64,000 nt of DNA from a virus (lineage: Duplodnaviria > Heunggongvirae > Uroviricota > Caudoviricetes): IMG/VR virus record IMGVR_UViG_3300020451_002055; one strand, given 5' to 3'. This document shows positions 51,883 to 61,865 of this stretch, piece after piece. Below the pieces are notes generated by a model. The model worked only from the letters and a program-made list of their open reading frames with translations, did not search any database and was not told the origin of the DNA. The position numbers and the translations under genes are program-made. The stretch's first letter is position 1. Each line of letters starts with the position of its first letter.

Positions 51883-52398
51883 ATGCCTATCGATATTGAA
51901 GAGTTCTACGATCCCATCCGCTCCTATGGCGAATGTTTCTTTGGCCTCAGCAGGCTTGAAAATTCGATCAATGAATACCCGATAACTCTCGATGCTGATT
52001 TTCAGCGAGGCCATGTCTGGACTGAGGAACATCAGATCAACTTTATGTCCTACCTGCTTTCTGGCGGCGCTGTTCCGCCCTGCTACGCCAATATCGGTCC
52101 GAACGGGACTTGGCGAGTTGGAGAAATGGTTGATGGCAAGCAAAGAGTAACCGCATGTATTAGATGGCGAAACGGAGAAATACCCGCCATCATCAACGAT
52201 AAAGAGATTCGATGGAACGATCTCAATGAGCGAGCCCAGCGAATGTGTTCGAGCCAGATCGGTCTTCGTATCGCCATGCTGCATACTGATCGCAAAGGCG
52301 CTCTAGAAGTCTACATCAAGATCAACTCGGGCGGCGTTGTTCATACGAAGGAAGAAATTGATCGGGTTCGTCGTCTTCTTGAGCAGGAATCAGAATAA
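51883..52398 (+). CDS. DUF262 (GmrS/ParB-like) domain protein, standalone
   Basis: FQRGHVW, VDGKQRVT, YIKINSGG. Confidence 0.85.
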   Translation: MPIDIEEFYDPIRSYGECFFGLSRLENSINEYPITLDADFQRGHVWTEEHQINFMSYLLSGGAVPPCYANIGPNGTWRVGEMVDGKQRVTACIRWRNGEIPAIINDKEIRWNDLNERAQRMCSSQIGLRIAMLHTDRKGALEVYIKINSGGVVHTKEEIDRVRRLLEQESE

Positions 52399-52610
52399 TG
52401 CTTTTGAGCGAAGTCAACTGGGATTATGTAGACAAGGTGTCTGATGTTGATCAGGCAGACTCAAGCATTGTCGTGCATTACATCGACGGCGGTCATATCA
52501 AAGTCCTCGTACCTATGTCTCTGATGAAAGCGATGATTGCTCGCGGAGAGCAGAACTACATCGATCAAGATATCGAGCGTTCCGAGTGGGATCCAAACCG
52601 ACCGGACTAG
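52398..52610 (+). CDS. hypothetical protein
   Basis: TAATG overlap; AGGA RBS. Confidence 0.6.
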   Translation: MLLSEVNWDYVDKVSDVDQADSSIVVHYIDGGHIKVLVPMSLMKAMIARGEQNYIDQDIERSEWDPNRPD

Positions 52611-52642
52611 TAAGTGCATTTTGAAGAGGATATCATAGGCTC

Positions 52643-53053
52643 ATGTCGGATTCGATGCCAGAACTATCAAAGAGCCATCCGCTCCATGAGGATTTTGATT
52701 TCCTCGCTTTCGTGAGAAAGAACGAGAAAGACATTCTCAATCTGCGCAGCGACTCCAAGCGGCTGACAGAGGATACCGCTGAAGCGGCAATCATCGTCTG
52801 CTCCGCGATTTGTTCAGACATGACATCGGTTTCCGCTGGCGACTTACCTTTGCCAAGGCCAAGCGTTGAACCGTACCTCAACCGCTTCGTGGTATTCGTA
52901 GAGAACATGGAGCGATACCTACATTGTCTTTACTTGGAAGACATGGGATACATGAGACGTACTGACGAGGGTTTCGAGCCGACCGACAAGGCGGATGATC
53001 TCGTCAATAAAGCAACTCAGAGGACCGAAGATGGCTCTACCGAAACTGCCTAA
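52643..53053 (+). CDS. hypothetical protein
   Basis: GAGGA RBS. Confidence 0.65.
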   Translation: MSDSMPELSKSHPLHEDFDFLAFVRKNEKDILNLRSDSKRLTEDTAEAAIIVCSAICSDMTSVSAGDLPLPRPSVEPYLNRFVVFVENMERYLHCLYLEDMGYMRRTDEGFEPTDKADDLVNKATQRTEDGSTETA

Positions 53054-54632
53054 AGGACAATACCCGAGCGGACATACCGCCGATGATTTCGAGTGCTTCG
53101 GTCCTCCGGCTACCAAGGATGGGGACTTCAGCGATGCAATGATTGCTGATCTTGGTTGCTTCAAGCAGGATGGAACCGATACCAACAAGTATTACCATGG
53201 GGCGGTCGTCAAGTCGAAAAAGACGGGCGACTACTACGCCTACTTCCAATGGGGCCGAACCGGGTCTGGCGGCGGCGATATTCAGTTCTATGGTCCGGGC
53301 AGCAAAGAGGCGGCTCATAAGGCCTTTGCTTCTCAGGTTAGCAAAAAGAACGATAAGAGAGGCGAATGGGTTACGATTGCCGGGCACGAAGTCTTGAGGG
53401 CAAAGCCGGGCAAGGATTGTTACCTCGTTAGACCTGCTGCTAAGCGAGTTGTAGGGCTGCCTGACGCGACGAAGATCGTCCATGATGACAGCATCGCCAA
53501 GAAGAAGACGACCAAGAAAAAGACCCGCAAGAAAAAGGCGTCCGCCTCTTTTGACCCGCAGACGATTGCTCTGATGCGGGATATGAATACCGGAACCATC
53601 TCGTATGCTAAAAAGAGCATAGAGGGCGGTCACATACCGACTCAAGAAGCAATCGACAAGGTTCGAGACCTTCTCAGCGAGGCACAGTCAAGAGTAGGCA
53701 AGATCGGAACAGATGATGTTTCGGTTCAGTCTCAGGACCGAGACCTGAGAGAGCTTACGAGCATGGTCTACAGCATGGTTCCGAAGGTCAAGAGATTCGG
53801 AGCCCCTGAGAACGAGTGGATTCTGACTTCGGGTAACATTCAACAATGGCGATTCGATTGCGATGCCTTCGAGAATGCTTTGCACGCTATTGATCTCGGC
53901 GATGAGGTTGAAACCAATCCATTCGAAGGCCATGACATCGAAATGAAGTATATGCCCGAGGACACCCTCGAAGGTCACTTCATCAAAGAATGGATGCCCA
54001 AAGCGAGCGCGAATCGGCACAGGCATGTCGGCGATATGCGCATCCATAACATGTGGGCTTTCCGTCATGTCAAGAACTACAGTCGGTTCGCTGAATCTCT
54101 CAAGGACATTAAGGCTGGCAGATCGCCAGAAAGAGCCGCTTTTCAACCTGCATCAAGGGATGATCTCAGCGCGACAGAGGCAAAGACTTACAAGTCTTCA
54201 AATGTTGCCATGCTATTCCATGGAACTCGTTCGGTCAATGTTCCAGGTATCATCAGGGAAGGGCTAAGACTCCCCAAACAGCTTGTTGGTGTTGTCATTA
54301 CCGGAGCCATGTTCGGACCGGGCATCTATTGGGCTGACGACTGGCGGAAGTCAGACGGGTACACTTCTCGACCCGGGACATATTACTCCAACGGCGACGG
54401 GGGAGTCAAGGGACGTAAGGCATTCATGTTCATTGCCGATGTTGCTCTCGGTAAGCCGCATTTGGCTCCAGGTCCAAGAGGCTATACGGCTCCTCCTTCT
54501 GGTCATCACAGCGTTTTTGGCAAAGCGGGATACAGCCGCGTTGTGAACAACGAATGGATCGTTTATAAGGCTCCGCAAATCAACCTGCGTTACCTGGTCG
54601 AATATGACACCGTTAGAGGATCGAGGTACTAA
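53031..54632 (+). CDS. poly(ADP-ribose) polymerase-like protein: WGR + helical regulatory + ART domains
   Basis: FQWGRTG; LFHGT, GAMFGPGIYWAD..RKS.GY, FIADVALG, NNEWIVY (H-Y-E triad). Confidence 0.9.
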   Translation: MALPKLPKGQYPSGHTADDFECFGPPATKDGDFSDAMIADLGCFKQDGTDTNKYYHGAVVKSKKTGDYYAYFQWGRTGSGGGDIQFYGPGSKEAAHKAFASQVSKKNDKRGEWVTIAGHEVLRAKPGKDCYLVRPAAKRVVGLPDATKIVHDDSIAKKKTTKKKTRKKKASASFDPQTIALMRDMNTGTISYAKKSIEGGHIPTQEAIDKVRDLLSEAQSRVGKIGTDDVSVQSQDRDLRELTSMVYSMVPKVKRFGAPENEWILTSGNIQQWRFDCDAFENALHAIDLGDEVETNPFEGHDIEMKYMPEDTLEGHFIKEWMPKASANRHRHVGDMRIHNMWAFRHVKNYSRFAESLKDIKAGRSPERAAFQPASRDDLSATEAKTYKSSNVAMLFHGTRSVNVPGIIREGLRLPKQLVGVVITGAMFGPGIYWADDWRKSDGYTSRPGTYYSNGDGGVKGRKAFMFIADVALGKPHLAPGPRGYTAPPSGHHSVFGKAGYSRVVNNEWIVYKAPQINLRYLVEYDTVRGSRY

Positions 54633-56179
54633 TGCATATCGAAAACGTAAGAATGGGATTCGCTACGAACTCTAGCAGTTCGCACTCGATCGTCTTTGGC
54701 CTTGAGGGGCAAGAGGATGTCTTTCCGGAGTATGGGGAAGATGAATTCGGTTGGGATAACTTTATTCTCGCGAGTAAAGACGCCAAAGCAAAGTATCTGG
54801 CAGTCGCTCTTTACTCTGCGATTGAACAGAAGATCGGCTCAGACATGGCTTCTGCAGTCATCAAGGATTGGTGCAAGGTTTCCATATCTGCTGATGCATA
54901 TATAGATCATCAGAGCATGATGGGGCTTCCTGCTGATCGCATGAGACTCGGCGGATGGAACCATGACGGAGACTACACCATCTCTCGCGAGTTCTTTGAT
55001 GAACTCTATCGCTACTACATGAGAAAAGACCTGGTTATTGTTGGAGGCAACGATAACTCTTATGAGTCGAAGCCGCTGCCGAACGAAGAGCATCATGCTC
55101 ATGTCGTTGGAGAAGAGATCAACGATAACTGGGTCTGCCGCAAGGATGGCGACTGGTGGACTTTGATGAATCGGACTTCGGGCACTAAAATCAGGCTGTC
55201 TTTCAAGGACAAGCCTAAACCCGAAAAGTATGAAGCAAGCACGACGCCCGAGCTTGTTGACATCAAGATCACAGACTTCTGCCCCTTCGGTTGTTCTTAC
55301 TGCTATCAGGACTCGACCAAAGAAGGAAAGCATGGCGACTGGAATCAGATCAAAACCTATGTCGAAGCCTTTGGAGAGCAGGGTCTTTTTGAACTGGCGA
55401 TCGGTGGAGGCGAGCCAACAATGTACCCGCAGTTTGCTGAGCTTCTCAAGCTCTGCAGACAGCATGGCATCATCGCCAACTTCACAACCAGAAGCCTGCA
55501 TTGGTTCAAGGACAGGGAACTGGTCGATCTTGTCAATGACAGCGTTGGTCGGTTTGCTTACAGCGTTGAAAGCGCAGAAGAGATGTTCCGTATCGCCACG
55601 CTTCTCAAAGAAGCAGGCGTTCGCATGAGCGGCGATTCTCCTTGGTATCGATCTTGGGATCGTTCTTCGTCAAGGCTGTCGTTTCAGTATGTCATGGGAA
55701 CTGCAGGCGAGATTCAGTTCAGAGATGTCATTAATGCAGCCCGAATTCTGCAATGCGACCTGACTTTGCTCGGCTTCAAAGAAGTCGGTCGAGGCAGCGG
55801 GTATTCCAGGAAAGACTATGGATACTGGCTCGACATTGTTCGAGATAACCGCTATTCGATGGGTTCTCGCATCGGGATTGACACCTCTCTCGCCCAAGAG
55901 TTTGAAGAGCAGCTTCTCGAAGACGAGCGCCTCAAGACTCTTATGACTACGCAAGAAGGCGTCTTCTCTATGTATGTTGATGCTGTTGCGAACAAAGTCG
56001 GGCCTAGTTCCTACTGCGAAGACAAGGACTATGTTCCTATTGATTTCGAATCGCATACGGAAACGAGAGATTGGAACGATCGGGTTTACATCAAGACGAG
56101 CGAAATCGATATGCAAATGAGACAAGCCTTTAGGGGCTTCAAAAGAAAGGCAGCATCATGCAAGAAGGTCGCAAAGTAG
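54632..56179 (+). CDS. radical SAM protein with N-terminal GFATNSSSSHS domain
   Basis: CPFGCSYC; IGGGEPT; NFTT. Confidence 0.85.
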   Translation: MHIENVRMGFATNSSSSHSIVFGLEGQEDVFPEYGEDEFGWDNFILASKDAKAKYLAVALYSAIEQKIGSDMASAVIKDWCKVSISADAYIDHQSMMGLPADRMRLGGWNHDGDYTISREFFDELYRYYMRKDLVIVGGNDNSYESKPLPNEEHHAHVVGEEINDNWVCRKDGDWWTLMNRTSGTKIRLSFKDKPKPEKYEASTTPELVDIKITDFCPFGCSYCYQDSTKEGKHGDWNQIKTYVEAFGEQGLFELAIGGGEPTMYPQFAELLKLCRQHGIIANFTTRSLHWFKDRELVDLVNDSVGRFAYSVESAEEMFRIATLLKEAGVRMSGDSPWYRSWDRSSSRLSFQYVMGTAGEIQFRDVINAARILQCDLTLLGFKEVGRGSGYSRKDYGYWLDIVRDNRYSMGSRIGIDTSLAQEFEEQLLEDERLKTLMTTQEGVFSMYVDAVANKVGPSSYCEDKDYVPIDFESHTETRDWNDRVYIKTSEIDMQMRQAFRGFKRKAASCKKVAK

Positions 56180-56496
56180 AAGATATCATCAACAACAACG
56201 ACAACTCGATTCAGCGCCGAGTGAATCTCATGGGCCAAGAACTGGCGAACGTGGGAATCTCCGATGTCTCTGTCGAAGTGACGATCAAAGTCAAGGGTTC
56301 AGACTCAGGCGGATCGTTTGAAAAAGTGCGAACTGGCAAGTTTGCTAAGTTCGTGAAAGGCAAGGGGCCGGGCAAAGTCGGAGGAACCGACGATAACGCC
56401 AAGCCAGCCGACCAGCCAACGACTAAGACGGTCCAAAGAGCGAGCGTTTTTTCATCGGCTCCAGACGGTTCTGGGCTCGATGCAGACGGGAGTTAA
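56158..56496 (+). CDS. hypothetical protein
   Basis: AAGG RBS; low complexity. Confidence 0.5.
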   Translation: MQEGRKVEDIINNNDNSIQRRVNLMGQELANVGISDVSVEVTIKVKGSDSGGSFEKVRTGKFAKFVKGKGPGKVGGTDDNAKPADQPTTKTVQRASVFSSAPDGSGLDADGS

Positions 56497-56565
56497 TTGT
56501 TGCGACTTGACGGAATGCTTCATAACCATTATGAATCGCCTTTGTCTCATGCCTCTAAATCGGCA

Positions 56566-56838
56566 ATGAACGAAGGAAATACAAAGACAGCAATCACTCT
56601 AGCTCTGTTTGAAACTATGAGAGATTCGCTGCCTACTGATAATGAAGAGGCAATCAGGGAAGCGGAAAAGCTTGCTGATGCTCTCCTTGCATCTTACGAT
56701 CAGAACGTCCGCAAAAATCACGACTCGATAGACGAACTCATGGGCAGACCATGCGGAAGCATGGGCGGGCAATTCCCTGCCTACGTCAACCAGCTTCCAA
56801 TGCCCGTCGAAGCCATCATGAGAAGGATCAAGAAATGA
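56566..56838 (+). CDS. hypothetical protein (start uncertain)
   Basis: ORF; stop overlaps next start. Confidence 0.5.
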   Translation: MNEGNTKTAITLALFETMRDSLPTDNEEAIREAEKLADALLASYDQNVRKNHDSIDELMGRPCGSMGGQFPAYVNQLPMPVEAIMRRIKK

Positions 56839-59024
56839 CCGTGCAAACATTCTCCCTCAACGAAATTCTTGGACTTGGCAACCTAAGAACCATTGCATAC
56901 GACAGCAATGGCGAACCATGCGACAGCTACAATAACCATGGCGCGGCAAACATCGCCGCAGACCTCGGTCTCGATCCTAAGCGTTGGGAGATTTTCGATT
57001 GTCGGCTCATTTCAAACCCAAGCAGAAGTATCGGGTATGGATTCGGAGGCGTTAACAGACAGCAGCAGATCAGAGACGAACTCAAAAAGCAGATGAAGGA
57101 CGCGCCTCGTCTGTTGACAACTAAGAGAGCTAACAACTACCCTAGCGATAGCCAGGGCAAAGTAAAGCTCTCTACGGCCAAGGTTGTTCATATTGAGTTC
57201 CGACAAGTTGTTCAAAGAGATAACTACTACAACCACTACTATAGCCGGAGTCAGATTGATCCTTTTACCTGCTATGCAATCATTGAACTGAACGGGAATC
57301 AGGTCGCTATCCGGGGTAGCTTCGAGTTCTTTGAGGAAGCGTTCGGAGCCAAGATTCATGAGGGTCTTGAAATCGAATGCGGCGATTACAAAGGCCCGAT
57401 GCTAACCTCTGGTATCAAAACTATCATTGACGCTATGAGGGGCAACGTTTATCGCGGCGATGATTATTACAGATCAAAAGGCGGCGACTTCGATTATGAC
57501 TCCCAAGGCGTTATGGAAGTCTGCGGTCTTCTTGGCGTTCAGAATAGCGACGATGCTGTGGCGATTGTCATTAAGAGCCTCCTGTCAGAAGGCATCGAGC
57601 CTCAGAAGCTCAAACCAACAGGTTGCGTCAAGATCTACAAAACGCTTGAATCTCTTGGAGAAGAACTTCTTCGCGAGCATCCGATCGAAGGCATGTGCTT
57701 CCGAAGCATCATGTATTCTACGAAGCGAACGATCAACAGCGTCAAGATTTCTTCGCTCGTCAACGATGTCTTCAAAGATGTCGATTCGGTTGAGTCCCTC
57801 AAAGAGGCTATGCAACCATTTGTTGAAAAACGCAAAGAAACTGGTCGCTGGAATTGGTTTGAGGACTGTATCTCCAACTATGATGCTTACAAAGACAAGC
57901 GTCGAGCAGTCCTCGCCAAGCAAACCGACCGAGCTTTCTCGAAGCTCATGGAAGAGTACGATTCTCTCGAACTCGATGAGAAGAAGCATCCGAAGCTGAC
58001 CGCCGCTATCAAGGCTGGCGACATTCCGGTTTCAACATTCTTCCGCAAGACCGAGCAATACTTCCTGTTGAACGACAACTGGGAGCTTTGGGAGAAGATG
58101 CTCAAGCTTGACTATGAGACGACTGTCAGGCTTGCCCAAGAGGTCTCTCGCAGAACAACGTATGAGAAGGACTTGATGTCCTACTTCTACTTCATCCTTT
58201 ACGATCTGCCTTCGTACCTCAAAAAGCATACCGGAGAGAAGTGGACATGCTCGCCCAAGCTCATCGAGAGCGAGAGCGAACTGAATCCGCCTGTTGAGGA
58301 TGACAGCGGCGTTGCAAGAACGCGCTCCGCTCTAACTCCGAGCGTTGACAACAAAGAGCGGCATGTCGTTGTCCCTTACGCTTCGCTTGCGATTCCGGGT
58401 CGCCAAACGACATACTGCTACAGCCATTCGTACCATGTTCTCCGCAAGGGTCTCATGTTCAACGGTAACGTCTGCATGGCAGATACCGAGAACAAGCTCA
58501 ACGGCAGAGACGATTACGGTCTGATGTTCTATACGCTGACCGGATCGATGCAGGGCAGAGGCTATCCGACGTTCCTCATCATCTTCGAGCGTCATACTTC
58601 GGGCGATACGACTGTCCATTTCCATAGGACTCACCCTTCTCGCTCGAAAGACGGAGACTACAATCCGATCCATAACTGGATCAAGGTCTGTTACAACTGG
58701 ATGGCCGGTAACGTTCGAGCAGAAAAGATCAAGGCTCAGCAAGGAGATTTGTTCTTCGTTGAAGTCGAAGATGATAGCAAGATCGAGTTCAGCCGCAAGG
58801 TTACGGATTACGATAAGCATCGCTTCGAGCGATCTGTTCCGTTCGCGGAATATGAGAAGAAGGCGAAAGCCAATATCCTTGGATATGTTCAGCTTGAGAA
58901 GAATATGTTCTTGACTCATAGCGAGCATGACGACGAAAGAATCCCGGCGGGCACGTTCGAGATCAGGCAATGCCGTTCTTGGGAAGCTAATCCCAAGGGA
59001 GTTTGGACGCTCAATATCGACTAA
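56835..59024 (+). CDS. large hypothetical protein with C-terminal QGD...H.EH...G.F.IRQ domain
   Basis: AQQGDLFF...LTHSEH...IPAGTFEIRQ motif. Confidence 0.75.
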   Translation: MTVQTFSLNEILGLGNLRTIAYDSNGEPCDSYNNHGAANIAADLGLDPKRWEIFDCRLISNPSRSIGYGFGGVNRQQQIRDELKKQMKDAPRLLTTKRANNYPSDSQGKVKLSTAKVVHIEFRQVVQRDNYYNHYYSRSQIDPFTCYAIIELNGNQVAIRGSFEFFEEAFGAKIHEGLEIECGDYKGPMLTSGIKTIIDAMRGNVYRGDDYYRSKGGDFDYDSQGVMEVCGLLGVQNSDDAVAIVIKSLLSEGIEPQKLKPTGCVKIYKTLESLGEELLREHPIEGMCFRSIMYSTKRTINSVKISSLVNDVFKDVDSVESLKEAMQPFVEKRKETGRWNWFEDCISNYDAYKDKRRAVLAKQTDRAFSKLMEEYDSLELDEKKHPKLTAAIKAGDIPVSTFFRKTEQYFLLNDNWELWEKMLKLDYETTVRLAQEVSRRTTYEKDLMSYFYFILYDLPSYLKKHTGEKWTCSPKLIESESELNPPVEDDSGVARTRSALTPSVDNKERHVVVPYASLAIPGRQTTYCYSHSYHVLRKGLMFNGNVCMADTENKLNGRDDYGLMFYTLTGSMQGRGYPTFLIIFERHTSGDTTVHFHRTHPSRSKDGDYNPIHNWIKVCYNWMAGNVRAEKIKAQQGDLFFVEVEDDSKIEFSRKVTDYDKHRFERSVPFAEYEKKAKANILGYVQLEKNMFLTHSEHDDERIPAGTFEIRQCRSWEANPKGVWTLNID

Positions 59025-59066
59025 GCTTGTCTGATAGTGAAGTAACTATACGTTATCATTAGACGT

Positions 59067-59837
59067 ATGGATTACTTCATAGCTGACCCTCATTTCGGAC
59101 ACGCCAACATCATCAAATACTGTTCTCGTCCTTTTGACTCTGTTCAACAGATGGATGAGACGATTCTGGCGAATATCAACAAGGTCGTAACTCGATCTGA
59201 CCGTCTCATTTGCTTAGGCGACTTCTCTTTCAAGGAGAAGTCGTCCTATTATTTGAACCGACTGATTTGCAAGAACGTCTGGTTGATCAAAGGCAACCAC
59301 GACTACAGGCCGAGTCCGAGAGACGGCTTTACGCAAGTCCTCGACTACCTCGAAGAAAAGTACGACATCGGAGAGAAGCAGAAGAAGCGAGTCTGTATGT
59401 TCCATTATCCGATCTTGGAATGGAACCAATGGCATCGTCAGTCTTGGCATCTCTACGGTCATGTTCATGGGCAACGGAGCGGCCCTCGCGGAACGCATCC
59501 AACTCAGTACCGCCTCGATGTCGGCGTTGACTGTCATGACTTCAAGCCTCTGACCATCCATGAGATTTCTTGGTTGATGGGTTCGGTCAAATGGGAAGAC
59601 CCGTTCGAGAAATGGGAGAAGGATGGCAAGCTCTGGAAGGGCAAGCGAGACGAGGCTCCGCCAGAGAACATTCGGGTTGCTCTTGCTGAACTCATGCGAG
59701 AAGATTACGTTGACCAGTGGTGGAACAAGCCCAACGAGGGATTTGGCGGCAGGTCAGCGAGAGATGTCTACCTTGAGGGTCAGGAAAGTCTCATCTGGGA
59801 CATGATCCAGCGCGTCCGGACCGGCGAGCCCATCTGA
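59067..59837 (+). CDS. calcineurin-like metallophosphoesterase fused to C-terminal Xre/MbcA/ParS antitoxin-like (DUF2384) domain
   Basis: DPHFGH, GDFS, GNHD, HLYGHVH; C-terminus QWWNKPNEGFGGRSARD..LEG. Confidence 0.8.
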   Translation: MDYFIADPHFGHANIIKYCSRPFDSVQQMDETILANINKVVTRSDRLICLGDFSFKEKSSYYLNRLICKNVWLIKGNHDYRPSPRDGFTQVLDYLEEKYDIGEKQKKRVCMFHYPILEWNQWHRQSWHLYGHVHGQRSGPRGTHPTQYRLDVGVDCHDFKPLTIHEISWLMGSVKWEDPFEKWEKDGKLWKGKRDEAPPENIRVALAELMREDYVDQWWNKPNEGFGGRSARDVYLEGQESLIWDMIQRVRTGEPI

Positions 59838-59840
59838 CGC

Positions 59841-59869
59841 TTGCACCGAAAGCGTTGATCGCCTACTGT
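59841..59869 (+). promoter_or_regulatory. sigma70-like promoter
   Basis: TTGCAC-17 nt-TACTGT. Confidence 0.55.
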
Positions 59870-59887
59870 ATGTCAAAGGAGTGCGCC

Positions 59888-60334
59888 ATGGACGATCTAG
59901 AACGATTCATTGATGAGGCTGATAGGATTTCCTCTGCCAGCATGACGCTAGATACGAAGTCCATGAAGGAGAACGGCGAGACATTGCGCTCTGAAGACTT
60001 CAGCGTTGAGAGATTCGATGGCATGGTGCAATCGCTTCGGGTTCGGAGCAATGCAGAAACTTTCACTTACACCCTCTCCAAGCTGGATTTCAAAGGGAAG
60101 CCCGTTGATGGCGAGATCAAAATGATCGCCACAGAGGATGGGATTCAATTCGAAGGCCTTGAGCAATGGCTGCCTCAGGTTTACGCGATCATGCGACCTG
60201 AAATGGCTCATGAAGCGGGAGCGGCGGCAGAGGAACATCTTTGCACCAAACGAGACGAGATCGAAGCAATGGTCAAGCGAATGTTCTGGCGTCACACGGC
60301 CAGTTTCATGCTTGAAGATGCGGAGCTTGAGTAA
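59888..60334 (+). CDS. hypothetical protein
   Basis: AAGGAG RBS. Confidence 0.7.
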   Translation: MDDLERFIDEADRISSASMTLDTKSMKENGETLRSEDFSVERFDGMVQSLRVRSNAETFTYTLSKLDFKGKPVDGEIKMIATEDGIQFEGLEQWLPQVYAIMRPEMAHEAGAAAEEHLCTKRDEIEAMVKRMFWRHTASFMLEDAELE

Positions 60335-60639
60335 TGGACCCTCTTGTTCAAATCTACGGCCAAGGCGATTGCCATGACGAGGCTTTCATCTGCGGATCAG
60401 AAGCAGGTCTCCGCGCTCTCGGCGAGGCGTTGATCGCCGCAGCCGATTCAGGACAGTCCAAGGTTGAAGCTTTCGTCAGCGATGGCGAGGGTTACGACAT
60501 TCATGTGCTACGGAGAAACTACCAGCAGATGCTCGGAGTTTGGTTTCCGTATCACGATCTACCCGAAGGTATGAGCCGGAATCCGGACGGCAAACTAACC
60601 CATCCGGCTCACCTTATTGACCGCGAGGAAGAATCATGA
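60334..60639 (+). CDS. hypothetical phage protein
   Basis: TAATG overlap; HDEAFICGSEAGLRAL motif. Confidence 0.7.
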   Translation: MDPLVQIYGQGDCHDEAFICGSEAGLRALGEALIAAADSGQSKVEAFVSDGEGYDIHVLRRNYQQMLGVWFPYHDLPEGMSRNPDGKLTHPAHLIDREEES

Positions 60640-61298
60640 TCTCTACCCGATTTGGCGACCGACCTCTCTGCGTTATCAGCGATGGCCTCGGCGGACGCGA
60701 CGACGCTTCAAGGATTTACCTGCCGCCTCGGAACAAGGAAGACAAGTACGGCGAGCATGCAGGCGACATCGAGAAGGAGCATGATGGCAGCGGATGGGTT
60801 GTCCGCAGTCTGGCTCTTCACGACTACGATCAGTCGTCGATCAGCCGCCTCAAGTTCAAGGGAAAGAAGGCTTGCGGCGAGTTTGTGGCCGAGACCTACA
60901 AGCAGATCAAGGCTGCTCGTGATGCTTCTCCGGTACCTGAGGATATTCGAATCTTCATTGAAGCGGTCGGGCGGGATCTTGCAGACGAAGACCGGGCACT
61001 CCGAGGAGCTTTGCTCAACCATGTTTCTAAGTGCCGCTGGATTACCGATCTCGCAAAGAAGCATGGAATCGGCTCGCTCTACTTGCGGGTGGAGGACGAT
61101 GCTGCGAAGATGGTGCAGCGAATCATGAACTGGAAGAGGGAGGGGGATGACATTCCCTTCTTCTCCGAGGCGATTCTTTACGAGTTGATCGGTAAAGAGG
61201 ATGCGCGGTCGCTCCTCGCCCTAATCAACGACATGACTATGGAGATCGACCCGATTGAAGCGGTCGATCCCCGAAGAGAAGAGGTTGCAGAGGCATGA
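60636..61298 (+). CDS. hypothetical protein
   Basis: ATGA overlap; GAGG RBS. Confidence 0.7.
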   Translation: MISTRFGDRPLCVISDGLGGRDDASRIYLPPRNKEDKYGEHAGDIEKEHDGSGWVVRSLALHDYDQSSISRLKFKGKKACGEFVAETYKQIKAARDASPVPEDIRIFIEAVGRDLADEDRALRGALLNHVSKCRWITDLAKKHGIGSLYLRVEDDAAKMVQRIMNWKREGDDIPFFSEAILYELIGKEDARSLLALINDMTMEIDPIEAVDPRREEVAEA

Positions 61299-61864
61299 AT
61301 AAGGTTCTGGTCTTCATCGGTTCCCCTTACTCGAAGCCGTCTGTCTCTCGCAACGTCAATCGCGCTGCGATGGAATATGACTGGCTATGGCAGAACCTTG
61401 GAGATCGGGTCATCCCTGTCTCAATGGTCGTGTCGTCTTCGTTTCAGGATACCATCTGTCCGCGAGAATACGATGCTTGGCTTGACCTTTGCATCGACAT
61501 GATGAAGAAGTGCGACATCTACTGCGCGCTCCCGGGCGAGTCGAGCGGCATGGAGAAGGAGATGGCTATCTGCAAGTCGATGGGTATCCCCATCGTCAAA
61601 AGCCGCTCGGAACTCGAAAAGTACCTCGAAGCCCATCCTGAGCTTCTTGACAGCGACATCGCCCGAATCCGTCGCGAGGTCGGCGAGCAGCTTTACGAAG
61701 CCCGTCGCCGAGGCGTTGACCTTGCTCGGGTTGGAGTCGGCGAAGCCAAGAGGCTCGTCGGGACCGCCTTGGGCGAGGGAGCGAGGTTCTTGGGCAAACA
61801 TGCTATGGACTTTGCAACGGGCGGAGGCCGCAAAGACAGGCCGACAGACGACGACCGGAGGTAA
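61295..61864 (+). CDS. DUF4406/nucleoside 2-deoxyribosyltransferase-like protein
   Basis: VFIGSPYS; WLDLCIDMMKKCD...LPGESSGMEKE...GIPIV. Confidence 0.7.
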   Translation: MNKVLVFIGSPYSKPSVSRNVNRAAMEYDWLWQNLGDRVIPVSMVVSSSFQDTICPREYDAWLDLCIDMMKKCDIYCALPGESSGMEKEMAICKSMGIPIVKSRSELEKYLEAHPELLDSDIARIRREVGEQLYEARRRGVDLARVGVGEAKRLVGTALGEGARFLGKHAMDFATGGGRKDRPTDDDRR

Positions 61865-61865
61865 C

